Shown here: positions 34,818 to 45,930 of the stretch, piece by piece
Layout of the letters: each line of letters begins with the position of its first letter
Numbering within the stretch: position 1 is the stretch's first letter
From: Camelus dromedarius
Lineage: Eukaryota
Reading direction: 5' to 3'
Length of the DNA stretch: 64,000 nucleotides
NCBI RefSeq assembly: GCF_036321535.1
Contig: NC_087437.1
Span: 99,946,001 to 100,010,000 of the forward strand
Notes under the pieces: model-generated
Seen by the model: only the letters and a program-made list of their open reading frames with translations
Told to the model about the DNA's origin: nothing
Database searches by the model: none
Program-made: the position numbers and the translations under genes

Positions 34818-37426
34818 TGTGATGGTTAATTTTCTGTGTCAACTTGACTGGGTGATGATGCCAGATATGTGGTCAAACATCATTCTAGAGGTTTCTCTGA
34901 GGGTGTTTTTGGATGAGATTAATATTTAAATTGGTGGACCTTGATTAAAGTTGCCCCCCATAACGTGGGTGGACCACATCAAAGCAGAACAAAAGACTGG
35001 CTTCCCTCAAGCAAGAAGAAATTCTGCCAGCAGACAGCCTTTGGACACGAACTGCAACATTGACTCCCTAGCCTGACAACCTTCAGACCTCAACTGCAGC
35101 ATCATTTCTTCCTGGGTCTCCCATCTACCAGCCCACTCTGCATATTTTGGACTTGCCAGTCTCAGGGATGTCAGAAAGATGGAAGAATATGAGGTTCCCA
35201 GTCCTAGCCAACACCCCCTTCCCCACAACAGGAACACTGATTAAGCAACTATGCACGAATAAAAATACCTTTGTGAGAATTATGGAACCCAGGGGAAAGG
35301 TTATAGCACACCAGTGGAGCAAAAAACAAATTTAAAAACTGCATCAAAATGGGTAAGAAGAGTACTTTATCCGCATCATTTATCCCTCAAGCCACCATAG
35401 CACGGGACTGAGAAGGATCCCCCAGGCCCCTGGGGAAAGAAAGACCAAGGTGAACATCTAACTTCCTTAGCATTTGACACTATCTTAGTGGCCCACTTAC
35501 ATCTCAACTCATGCAGAACACTGGGGTAACTGTCATGGATAGCCTGCCTAGCGGGGCCAGGAACAAATAAAAGGATCAAAACTTTCAGTTACCAGCAAGT
35601 GGGAATCTTGGAACTGGCCCCTTAATCTCCACCAGTGGCTTTTTCAGTCCTGCCAAACTGCAGCCCCTCCAGGTCCTTGCTAGCTTTGTCCAATCAGGGA
35701 GCCTCCCCTTCTACAGATGCTTACCAGGCCAAGAACTTCCCCAGCCACCCCAGAGGGCTGTCAGGAGCCTCTGTCCCACCAGGGAGCCATGCCAGCAGCC
35801 TTGCAACTAAGGAGCCTCCTTATAATCTTTACCTAATCACAGAGTCTAGTCAGGAGCCCTTTCAGGGAACTCGGGACCACAGAGCCCTGCCTGCTGTCTC
35901 TGCTTAACCATGGAGCCCCATAAGGAGGCTGGCCCCACTAAGAAGCCTTGCCAGAAGCTTCATCTGACCAAAGAACCCCATCAGTAGCCTCATCCGATCT
36001 TGGAATCCCACCAGTATAGCTGCAGAGCCCTGCTTACTGGTTTTGCCCAACAAGCAAAGCTTTTTCAGTAGCCTCACCTCACTATGGATCCCTGCCACTG
36101 GCCTTGTCTGACTGTGGAGCCTCATTAAGGAAGCTCATCTGACTATGAAACCCCAACAGTAGTCTCTGACCAACCATGAAACCCTGACAGTGGGTCGCCG
36201 CTGACCATGAACCCTGGTAACAAATTCCCCACAACCTTAGAATCCCAGCTGATCACAGCACCCAGCATTATGTTCTACCCAATTATGAATACCCCCAAAC
36301 TGGCTCACCCTGAATCCTAGGCCAGCTGACTGGTGAATGCTTTCCCTGACAAAGTCAGCCTGTAACATTCAATGCAAGGACAGAATGCAAGGATAAAAGG
36401 ATCAGAAAGAAGCAGAGAAACATAATATCACCAAAGGAAACCAATAAAGCTCCGGTAACTGACCCTAAAGAAACAGAGACCTATAAACTACTTAATATCA
36501 AAATAATCATTTTAAAGAAGCCCAGTGAACAAGAAAACACAGAAAAACAATTAAATAAAATCAGGAAAATAATACATGAACAAAATGAGAAATTCAACAA
36601 AGAAATAGAGACCATAAAAAAAGACTGAATAGGAATCTTAGAGCTGATGAATATAATGACTGAACTGAAGATGTCAATATAGAGCTTCAACAGCAGACAC
36701 AATCAGGTAGAAGAAAGAATTAGTGAACTCAAAGATAAATTGTTTGAAATTATTCAGTCAGAGAAACAGAAAAAAAGAAGAGTGAAAATAGCCTATAAGA
36801 TTAATGAGACACTTTCAAAAGAAACAATACATGCATTATGGGTGTCCCAGAAGGAAAAGAGAGGGAGAAGGGGAAAAAAGATTATTTGATGAAATAATGG
36901 CTAAAAACTTTCCAAATCTGCAGAGGGAAATGGGCATCCAGATGTATGAAGCCTAAAGGTTTCCAAATAAGATGAAATGGAAAAGATCTACACAAAAACC
37001 ACATTATAATTAAATACTCAAAAGTTAAAGATAAAGGGAAAATTCTAAAAATGTCAAGAGAAAAGTGATTTATTGCATTCAATGGACCCCTCCCCCCCCC
37101 CCCCCCCCGCCATGAGACCATTAGCAGGTTTTTAAGAAGAAATTTTGCAGGCAACTGAGAGTGGGATGATACAAAGGACTGATTTAAAAAAAAAAAAAAG
37201 CCAACCAAGAATACTATGCCCAGAAAAACTCTCCTTTAGAAGAAATGAAGGAGAGATAAAGATCTTCTCAGATAAACAAAAACGGAAAGTACATGACCAC
37301 TAGAGCTGCCTCACAAGAAGGGGACTTGCAATCCTCCATGACTGTGTGACCAATTCCTCAACATAAATCTCTCTATTCATACACACATCTTATTTTTTGC
37401 TTCTCTGGAGAATCCTGCCTAAAAGA
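34818..37426 (+). mobile_element. MLT2 (ERVL) solo LTR split by an L1
   Basis: tgtgatggttaattttctgtgtcaacttgactggg start; resumes at 37322 ggacttgcaatcctccatgactgtgtgaccaattcctc...ttctctggagaatcctg. Confidence 0.9.
35164..37321 (+). mobile_element. L1 5'UTR + degraded ORF1, no ORF2 or 3'UTR
   Basis: Starts agggatgtcagaaagatggaaga (L1 aagatgg start); degenerate tandem repeats 35900-36330; ORF1 motifs (gagaaattcaacaaagaaataga, gaagaaagaattagtgaactcaaaga, gaaataatggctaaaaactttccaaatctg, ttctcagataaacaaaa). Confidence 0.88.
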
Positions 37427-37582
37427 GATGAGGCTCAGTACTTTTATGCTATGACAGGACAGGAGATATCTTCACCTTCTTAAGAGTGGGAACTGATTCA
37501 CTATTACTTTTTTAACAGTAAATGATCCTGCTCCAAAATCCCATCCAGGGTGTGTGCTTTTAAGGCTATTCCCAGAGCTAGT
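37427..37582 (-). mobile_element. ERVL leader / degenerate primer-binding region
   Basis: Minus strand reads caactagctctgggaatagcc...ggatgggattttggagcaggatca directly after the LTR, like ERVL internal 5' starts. Confidence 0.55.
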
Positions 37583-38087
37583 TGTTGTAGCATGGGTTCT
37601 CCACATATCACGTTCTGGGGCAGAGGTGTGTGTTCAGGTAATTTATTTGTGAAGTAGGCTCAGGAACTAGGAGTTAGGCATAGGGATTGTGAAAGAGGAG
37701 AGTAAGGAAAGCTAATACAAAGACAAACAATGGATTTGCCTACTCCTTCAGGCAATTAGTGCCCTTGCTTGCTGGATCATCTAACGAATTTTATGAAATT
37801 TGTCACTTATTGACTCCCAACAACTGTTGGCTAATAGTGGCCCTGTGTGCTTGGAGTCCCCACACATCTGTGTTCCACACACGTGAGTGCTGAGCTGGTT
37901 CTCTATAGCATCAGTCAGCCTTGGCACAGGAAACAAAAAGTGAGCACAGGACAGAGGAGAGATGCTCACAGGTTACATCTGCATGAGGCTGGTGGAAATC
38001 TGCACAGAACTGGCTGCTGGAGCAGTGGCTGGAGTCAACGTGGGGCTGAGATGTTTTGAAGTGTGACACAGGAGGCGTCTAAGCACA
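37583..38087 (-). mobile_element. LTR33-like ERVL LTR (putative 5' LTR)
   Basis: tgttgtagcatgggttctcc...aggtaatttatttgtgaagt...aaggaaagctaatac...gcagtggctggagtc...aagcaca; ~505 bp, TG...CA. Confidence 0.78.
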
Positions 38088-38289
38088 GATTGTAAGCTTG
38101 CAGAGACCTGAAAGAGAATCAACTAAAAATGTTCGAAAATGGGAAGCTGGACTCAGAGGTATGATGGGAAGAAGGAAGATACTTAATTTTTATTTTATAT
38201 CCTTTTAAATGATATGCTTATTCTTAATTCACACAAGTATGTTACTTTTTTAAGTTAAATAATAACAAGAAACAGGCAAATAAAATGAT

Positions 38290-38885
38290 TCTCTCCATAT
38301 TATTTTCAATGTTTCTCACTTCCTTTGGATATAAAAATCTAAGTTCTGCCTTCAGAATCTGAACTGATGATTCTTTCCAACTTCATCCTTTTCCTCTCTT
38401 CTTCACACCCTACACACTTCATACATAACACTTGGCGTTTCTTAACTATGCCATGCTGTCTCCTATTTGTCATATTTTATACATGTGATTCAACCTTCAG
38501 TAGAATGTCTGTATCCTCATTTTACTTAGATGATAATGAAAATAAAAATAATAAAATGAAGAATATGGTTTATTTTTAATATCCTAGGCCAGGCACATTT
38601 TAAAAATGTAATTCCTGCATGTTTTTCCAGTTACATTCCAGATAAAGCCACTCAAAGCCTTCTCATTTCCAAACAAATATAGATTTAATAACTTCTTCTG
38701 AGACCCCATAGAGTCTTTTTCATACCTCTCTCAGAAAATACATTTATTCCACTTCATTGTAATGATTTTTTTGTCTATTTCTCTCACTAGGTTGTGAATG
38801 CTGATCTCCTTTGAGATGGAAAATTGTGATCTTAATTTGTCTAGCACAAAACACAATGTTAACATTGAAAGTTGGGTACTTTATC
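38290..38885 (+). mobile_element. L2 3' region fragments
   Basis: Pyrimidine-rich; tgtctatttctctcactaggttgtgaa...tctagcacaaaac. Confidence 0.5.
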
Positions 38886-41549
38886 AATGTCAGCTTCTAA
38901 TTTTAATGACTAGCTTATGGTCATCTTGATACTAAACTATTTTACTTTTCAGGATACTGAGTTTAAACTATTTTCTTCCTTATGTTTGTATAGATAGGTG
39001 CTTTAATTCAGGAACTACACACGTAATTATAGTTTCCTTAATACTTATGTAAACTTATTTTAATCAATATTTTTACTCCACTTATTTAATATGCATTGCT
39101 CATAAAAGCCTTCTTTGCAATTGCTATTATGCTAACTTCCAGAATTCCCTTCCCTAATTCCCTCATTATGCATGGTAACAATATATTAAAACTTTGATCA
39201 TGTTCACTTAATATCTAAAGTGCATTCACTTCAGAATCTTGTATTTTTCAGTACTCAAAAAACAGCATTGAAATTTCAACGAAGATTCCACTATCCCAGT
39301 GGGAATAAATCTCTACTTTACAAGCTGAGCTATCTGACTCAAAGTAATTTTCTACATACATTCCTTTCTAAGTGATTACATTATTTTTTATACTGCTCCA
39401 CCAATATTAGAGAAAACACTTGAACTCTGATGCCTTAATATTACTCTAGGCATGAAACAAGAGAAAATGTAATCATAATATCGGCAGCTCTATTTAAACC
39501 CCCTTCAAAGAAGTTTGGATCAGGTCTCACACTGTGTCTGAAAGAAGATATTTATAAATTGCTTTGAATTATATGACACCTTTCTTCTCCCAAGAAGCTT
39601 ATTCTGATAGTATTTATACTGTAGCATTTCAAATAATTGATTTGTTTCAGTGTGCATGTCCAGAGGCCTCAAGGACATGGCCATGTTTTTCACAGACCTA
39701 ATAGGTAAAATTAACTTGGGGCAAAAACCAATGAAGGTAAGCTAATGCAATCTAGAGGGAGAACAAAGACTCAGCATGCTGTATGTCATTCATCTCATGG
39801 ACTAGTTTTCTGTGTGTGCAAAAATACTGAAGATATATAAGTCACTGAATTTTCTATTTCCATCTCTGGCCCAGTGCTGACTCAGTAACTGGCTGTGGGC
39901 AAGGAGTCTCTAAACTTTTTGCAGCCACAATACATTTATTTAGTGGAAATTATGTTATTGGTCAGTTGTGTTTTAACAGCATTGCCTGCCAGATATTACA
40001 GTGACTAAAGAGATTATATTGTAAATAAATTTAAATTCCTTAGATGGTGAGAAGTAGCAAATCATAGCTCCTAGCTCCCTTAGTGTGCAAAAGGGACCTC
40101 CTGCCACAGCTCCACTCCAGGCAGGCTCACCCTGATGTTACTTGACCCATGAAAATTCCTCAGATTCTCTAATAATCCTTTGTCTCAAGATAACCTTACA
40201 ATATTGCCTGAGCTGAGGCACCGATGATCAAAGATCTTATCTAACATAATAATAGATTTTTGGAACAGAAAGTGGTGCTAAAACTTCCAGTTCTCAGTAA
40301 GTATATTTCATAAGACATTAACACTGTTCCTCGAATTTACAGCATAGCTACTTTCTGCTCTCTGCCCTGACTCTAACTCTAACATATGGTTGTAGTTAGC
40401 AAAATTAGGCTAGTATGAAATCTAAAAAAATTAAAAAGGCAAACATCCTTTTAAGTCACAATTTATGTTGCTTCAGTCTGAGTCTAGAGTCCATTTTTAC
40501 CCTCAATAAAGTATTTGTTTTGTTTAATTTTAAATAGATGTTAAAAGTTCAAATATTTCCTAGGCATGTATTTCTTAGCATTATTGTATGCCCAAGTGTC
40601 AAAGCCAGAATTAGAGAAGTGAGTAAAGGAGTGTAATGAACATGTGCACATTCATGTTGTACAAGTTAATGGTGACTAAGTCCCACTTGAAATGGAATGC
40701 AATTAATATTTGATATAAAATGCCACCTACCATTCTTGGTAAAATCTTAGCATAAATGAAAAAACAACAGAATTCAATAAAAGCTTTTATTTTAAGTCTA
40801 TTTTCTATTAAAAGCTTTTTTAAAAAATATATAGTCCATTTTTTTTCCATTAGTTAAGACTTCTGTGGGACTTTGCCCTGGGCCAATAGGTAGGCTTTGA
40901 TCTCATATTTCTAACAAGTATTTGGCAGTGGAGGACAGATCTAATGTTACTCTCCAGTTCAGTTCAGTCCCAACCTCCACTTCTAATTGCTCTGATGTCC
41001 TCAGGATCCCATGGGCCAAAATGAGCTCTGTCTGCTTCACAGTTCCATGTGCCTGACCAGTTTCCAGAAATGCCTCCTGCACTGAGGCTTCTTTGCAAAT
41101 GTACAGGTTTGGCAGGAACTGTATATTGGATTCACTTGTGCAACATTTACTCTGTCCAGTTATGAAGATAAAGATTATGTAACACTCTTCAAATTGCTCT
41201 ATTTTAACTGTTTTATTTTCTTCAACAACCTTGATATTAGTCTTCTACCTTAAGAGGAATATGTTAATGATCATGAATTTTAAGGGGGAACATCTGTCCT
41301 ACTTGTGTGTTTTTTCCAAGGATGTTCAATAGCACAGGTGTAGACACTAAATATGTGGAAAGTTGGGTTTAACCTAGATTGTCTCCTAAAGTGGGTAGAA
41401 TAGAAAAGAAGACTTTAAATGGGTGAAAGGTATATACAATAGCATTAAAAATAATTGGTCACTTGATGTTGTCAAAACCTGAACCTACCTGAATCAGACT
41501 TCTCATTATGTCTAGGGTAAGACTAGCATTAAAAAAGTGATCTGTTTTT

Positions 41550-44500
41550 ACTTCTGCCTCCAGGAAGAATGAAATAATATGGCTAAGACTTAATACCTTG
41601 TCTTAACTAAAAAAAACAGCAAAATATTTTTAAAAATCAATGATATTCAATATTGAACAATAGGCAGCAAGAAATGATGACCTCTGAGGTACAGGGGTGG
41701 AGCGGGGGAGAGGGACAAGGTGAGCTCTACGATTGCCCCACACTACTATCTAGAGAAGTTTTCATAACATAGCACAGGGAAAGGGAACTGAAAGAGAGCC
41801 CGAAGGTATTTCTGAGTTGAAAGACAAATTCAGAGTCTAGAGAGGCCAATACACCTCGGATTCACAGGGCTGAGAGGCAGCTACTTGAGAGAGAACACAG
41901 AGGTCTCCAGAGGGTTCCCCTAGAGCCTTCCTCATGAGCAAGAGCATCACTGGTACATGCAGAGTGGAGAGTTTCTTAACTCGTGGGGCATTGGGCAGAG
42001 TCCTTAGAAGCGTATTGCTTTAAGCCACACCTAGAAAGGAACAACATGCTTCTAAGTAACTTACTGCTTCCCAGAATAAAGTCCAAAAAATATTAAAAGA
42101 AATGCAAATACTCTAGCACACCACATATAAAATTCACAATGTGACATCCAGTTAAAAAAAAAAAAACACGAGGAGTACAAAGCGGAAGAAAAATCAATCA
42201 GTAGGAACAGATGCAGAAATGACATACATGAAAGAGTCAGTAGACAAGACTGTTAGAACAGGCACTATAAATATGCTCCATATGTCCAGGAAAGTGGACA
42301 CAATAAGGAGAGACATGATTTTTTTATATTTTAAAAATCAAAATGAAATTTTAAAGATGAAAAAATACAGCAAAATATTCATTCTTTTGGAATATTTACC
42401 AAAATAGAAAATATTTTGGGCCATAAAACAAGTCTCAATGAATACAAAAGTTTTCAAAACATGAAAAAGTATGTTGTCTGACCATAGTTCAATTAAACTA
42501 GAAATCAATAACAGAAAAATATATGGAAAATCCATAAATAACTTTAAAACAAAACAACATGCTTGTAAATAATTGATGTGTCAAAGAAGAAATCACAAAG
42601 GAAATTAGAAAATATATGAACTAGATAGAAATGAAAACACAATATGTCAAAATCTATGGGAAGCAAGTAAAACAGTTCATAGGAAGATAATTATAGCTTT
42701 AAATGCTTATGTAAGAGAAACAGAAAACTCTGAAATCAATACACTAAGCTTCCAAAATAAGACATTAGAAGAGTGAATAATATTCAAAGTAAGCAAAAGA
42801 AATAAAATAATAAAGAAAAGAGCATAAATCAATAGAAGAATAACGACTATATATAAATAGAGGCAGAGAGAGAAACAGAGACAGAGACAGAGATACACAG
42901 ACAGAGAAAGAGAGACAGAGGGAAAGAGAAATAAAGAGAGAAAATCAATGAGAACAAAAGTAAGTCATTTGAGATGATCAATAAAACTGATAAACTTCTA
43001 GCCAGGAGAAAGGAAAGAAAATACATATTGTCTATATCATAAGTGAAGGCAGGAAACTCACTACTGATGCTACAAACATTAAAATAACAATAAAGGAATA
43101 TTATGAAGAATTGCATTGCAATTATTTTAACAACTTAAATGAAATAAAAACATTTCTTTAAAAACTACTGAAGCTCATTTAAGAAGAAACAGACAACCTG
43201 AATAGCCCTATATCTACATCAAACATTGAATTTGTACTTAACAACTTTCCACAAAAGTAAATTCTAGGCATATGAAAGACTATTGGTGAATTCTATGAAA
43301 TATTTTAGGAAAAAAAACACTAATTCATATTTTAGCTTATTCCGAGGCCATTGTTACTCTGATACCAAAACATGAAAAAAAATTACAAAAAAGAAAAGAT
43401 AGAAGGAAAAGCGAGATAGGAAGAAAGGAAGGAAGGAAGGAAAAGAAAAATACATACAAATCAATGGCCCTTATGAACGTAGATGAAAAATTCTTAATCT
43501 AATTTCAGAAAATATAAAACATTTGTCCTTTATAAGACACTATTAAGAAAATGAAAGGGTAAACCATTAACAAGGAAAGTATCTTTGCAAAACATGTGTT
43601 TGACAAAGAACTTCCACCTAGAACAGGTATCAGCGTAATAAAGCCCACAGGCTAAGTCTGACCTGCGATCTGTTCCTGTAAATAAAGTTTTATTAATATC
43701 CAGCCATGTTTATCCAGCTATGTCTTATAGGTGGCTGTTTTCATGATACAAGGCCAAGTTGAATAGCTGCAACAAAAATCACATAGCCTATAAAGCCTAA
43801 AATATTCACTCTCTGGCCCTTTAAAGAAGTTTGTCAACCCTTGATCCAGAATATGTAAAGAACTTGTGTGGCATAATAATAAGACCAACAATCCAATTTT
43901 CAAAAATGAGCAAAAGATTTGAACAGACTCTTTACAAATGAAGATATACAAATGACCAATAGACACGAAAAGCCTCTCAGTGTCATTAGTTATTAGAGAC
44001 ATGCAGGTTAAAAATCACAGTGAGTTGTCACTATGTGACCACTAGAATGGCTAGAATTAGAGACTGTTCACACCAGCTGAGTGAGGGGAAGGGAGCAAAT
44101 GGAATCCTCAAGCACTGCTGGTAGGAATGTAAAATGGTACCATCACTTTCAATAGTTTGATAATTTCTTAAAAAGCTAAATATACACCGGCTATATGACT
44201 GAGTCACTCTCCCCTTGGGGGTAAAATAATATGTCCCGACAAAGATATGTTCCTGCATGTTCATAATAGTTTTATATGTTGTAGCCCCAAAACTGAAAAT
44301 GATGCAAGGTCTATCAGCAGTTGAATGGATAGACACATAGTGGCACGTACATTGAATGGAATACTAGCCAGCAAGAAAACGAGCACATTTTGAAAATAGT
44401 AAAGCATTACAGAATGTAAAGAATCCTTTATTCAAGTAAAAAAGAGTACATGCAACTCAATTATGAAATAGAAAACCCAATTTTCAAAAATGAGCAAATG

Positions 44501-44825
44501 GATGGATCTCATACTTATGCTGAGTGAAAGAAGCTAGATAATAAAAGAGGACATATCATATTGTGTGATATTTTATATAAAATTCTAGAAAATGGAAAAT
44601 AACATAAAATGGCAGAAATCAGATTAGTGGGTACATGGCAGGGGGGAGGGGAGTAAGGGAAAGATTAGAAAGGGAGAGTAAAGAACTTTTGAGGGTGACA
44701 GAAATGTTCATTACCTGGACTGCTGTAATGGTTCCACGTTTGTATACATATGTCAAAACTCATTCAATTTTAGACTTCAAAATGACATTGTTGTACATCA
44801 ATTTCATCTCAAAGCTATACAAAAA
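41550..44825 (+). mobile_element. Old, internally deleted L1 (5' part, ORF2 pieces, 3'UTR)
   Basis: ORF2 motifs gggccataaaacaagtctcaa, aaactagaaatcaataacag, caagaagaaa-like, ttggtgaattctat, ctgctggtaggaatgtaaaatggtac; 3'UTR tatgctgagtgaaagaagc...tgtcaaaactcat. Confidence 0.88.
43624..43843 (+). mobile_element. MER58A inserted in L1 ORF2
   Basis: caggtatcagc...tgtaaataaagttttatt...gtttgtcaacccttg; TSD acctagaa / atccagaa. Confidence 0.88.
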
Positions 44826-45749
44826 TGGAAACTTTTCTTGAATAATATTTCCATAGCCACAATTTCTCCAACACAGATATCATTCCTGAAGTGTTACTTG
44901 CAAGGGAAAAATAATTATAGTGACATTCAGCGTAGCTACCCAGACAGTCTGAGAAGCAGCAGTCAGCATTGACTGAGAGTTTGTCAGAAATACTGGATCC
45001 TTTCACTAGTTCAGCCACCACCCCAGAGCTTTTGATCAAAATATATATTTTGGAAAGATCTCTAAGTAACTTAAATGCCCATTAAAGTTTGGGAAACGCT
45101 GTTCAAGAGACGACAGCTTTGGCTCAAATGAAAAGTGAAAATCAATATAAATACCTCTCATTAGAGATGTTATTTCAAAGTTTCCATTTATCATGTACTG
45201 GGTATTACTAGATAATTCTAAAACATTCTTTGATTCTGATTCCACAGTCCCATGTCATTGTCTATTTTTTCCCAGGGCTGCTACCATTTTTCATAAGTGT
45301 ATTTTCCTCTAATATCTTTCCCACTTTTATAATCGTTCCATACTTAGCCATAAATGCTCATATTCTCATCAGGAACACAAAGTGTTGGTAATAGCTTTAA
45401 AGTCACATTGGGCTCCCTCACCTCCATTCCTATCCAGGATTCCTGTGCATTGTGGTAAAATGGGACAAAGGGTATTTTCAGAGAGTTAGTCATCTCACAA
45501 GTCAAAATCTCTAAAATTAACTCCAGAAATTATTGACAGAAATACATGAAGAGAAAAAAACTCAACCCTGTAAATGACTATCCATTTAATCCTCTTTAAA
45601 GAAACTTTCAGTAAAATAAGTACAACTCAGAGAAATGAAATAGGAACAAAGATTTTAAAAGAAATGTATAATAGAAAGCAAGTGCATTGAGAAAAGACCA
45701 CACACCAAGGAAAATATTACCTTAATTTATACAACTTTTTATAGATTTT

Positions 45750-45930
45750 CCTGTGCTTTCACATTCATTATTTCATTTAATCCTGGCCATAAATGGATGA
45801 GATAAGTAGCCAAATGTTATTATCTCCATTTTCCAAACAGTTATGTAATTTGTCCAGCCTCACTCAGCTGGGGATTCAAATCTAGCTGTTTCAACTTGGA
45901 GCCTAATGTTCCCTCCACCAGCCCACACTG
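45750..45930 (-). mobile_element. MIR fragment
   Basis: cattatttcatttaatcct...ttattatctccatttt...taatttgtccag...ctgggattcaaatc. Confidence 0.7.

Noticed and set aside
35900..36330. CRISPR-like repeat array
   Set aside because: Degenerate tandem units without unique spacers, inside a mammalian L1 5'UTR; no cas genes.
39660..39690. V-gene FR3-like end (aaggacatggccatg, DMAM) before the cryptic RSS
   Set aside because: No YYC codons and no upstream framework or leader; treated as coincidence.
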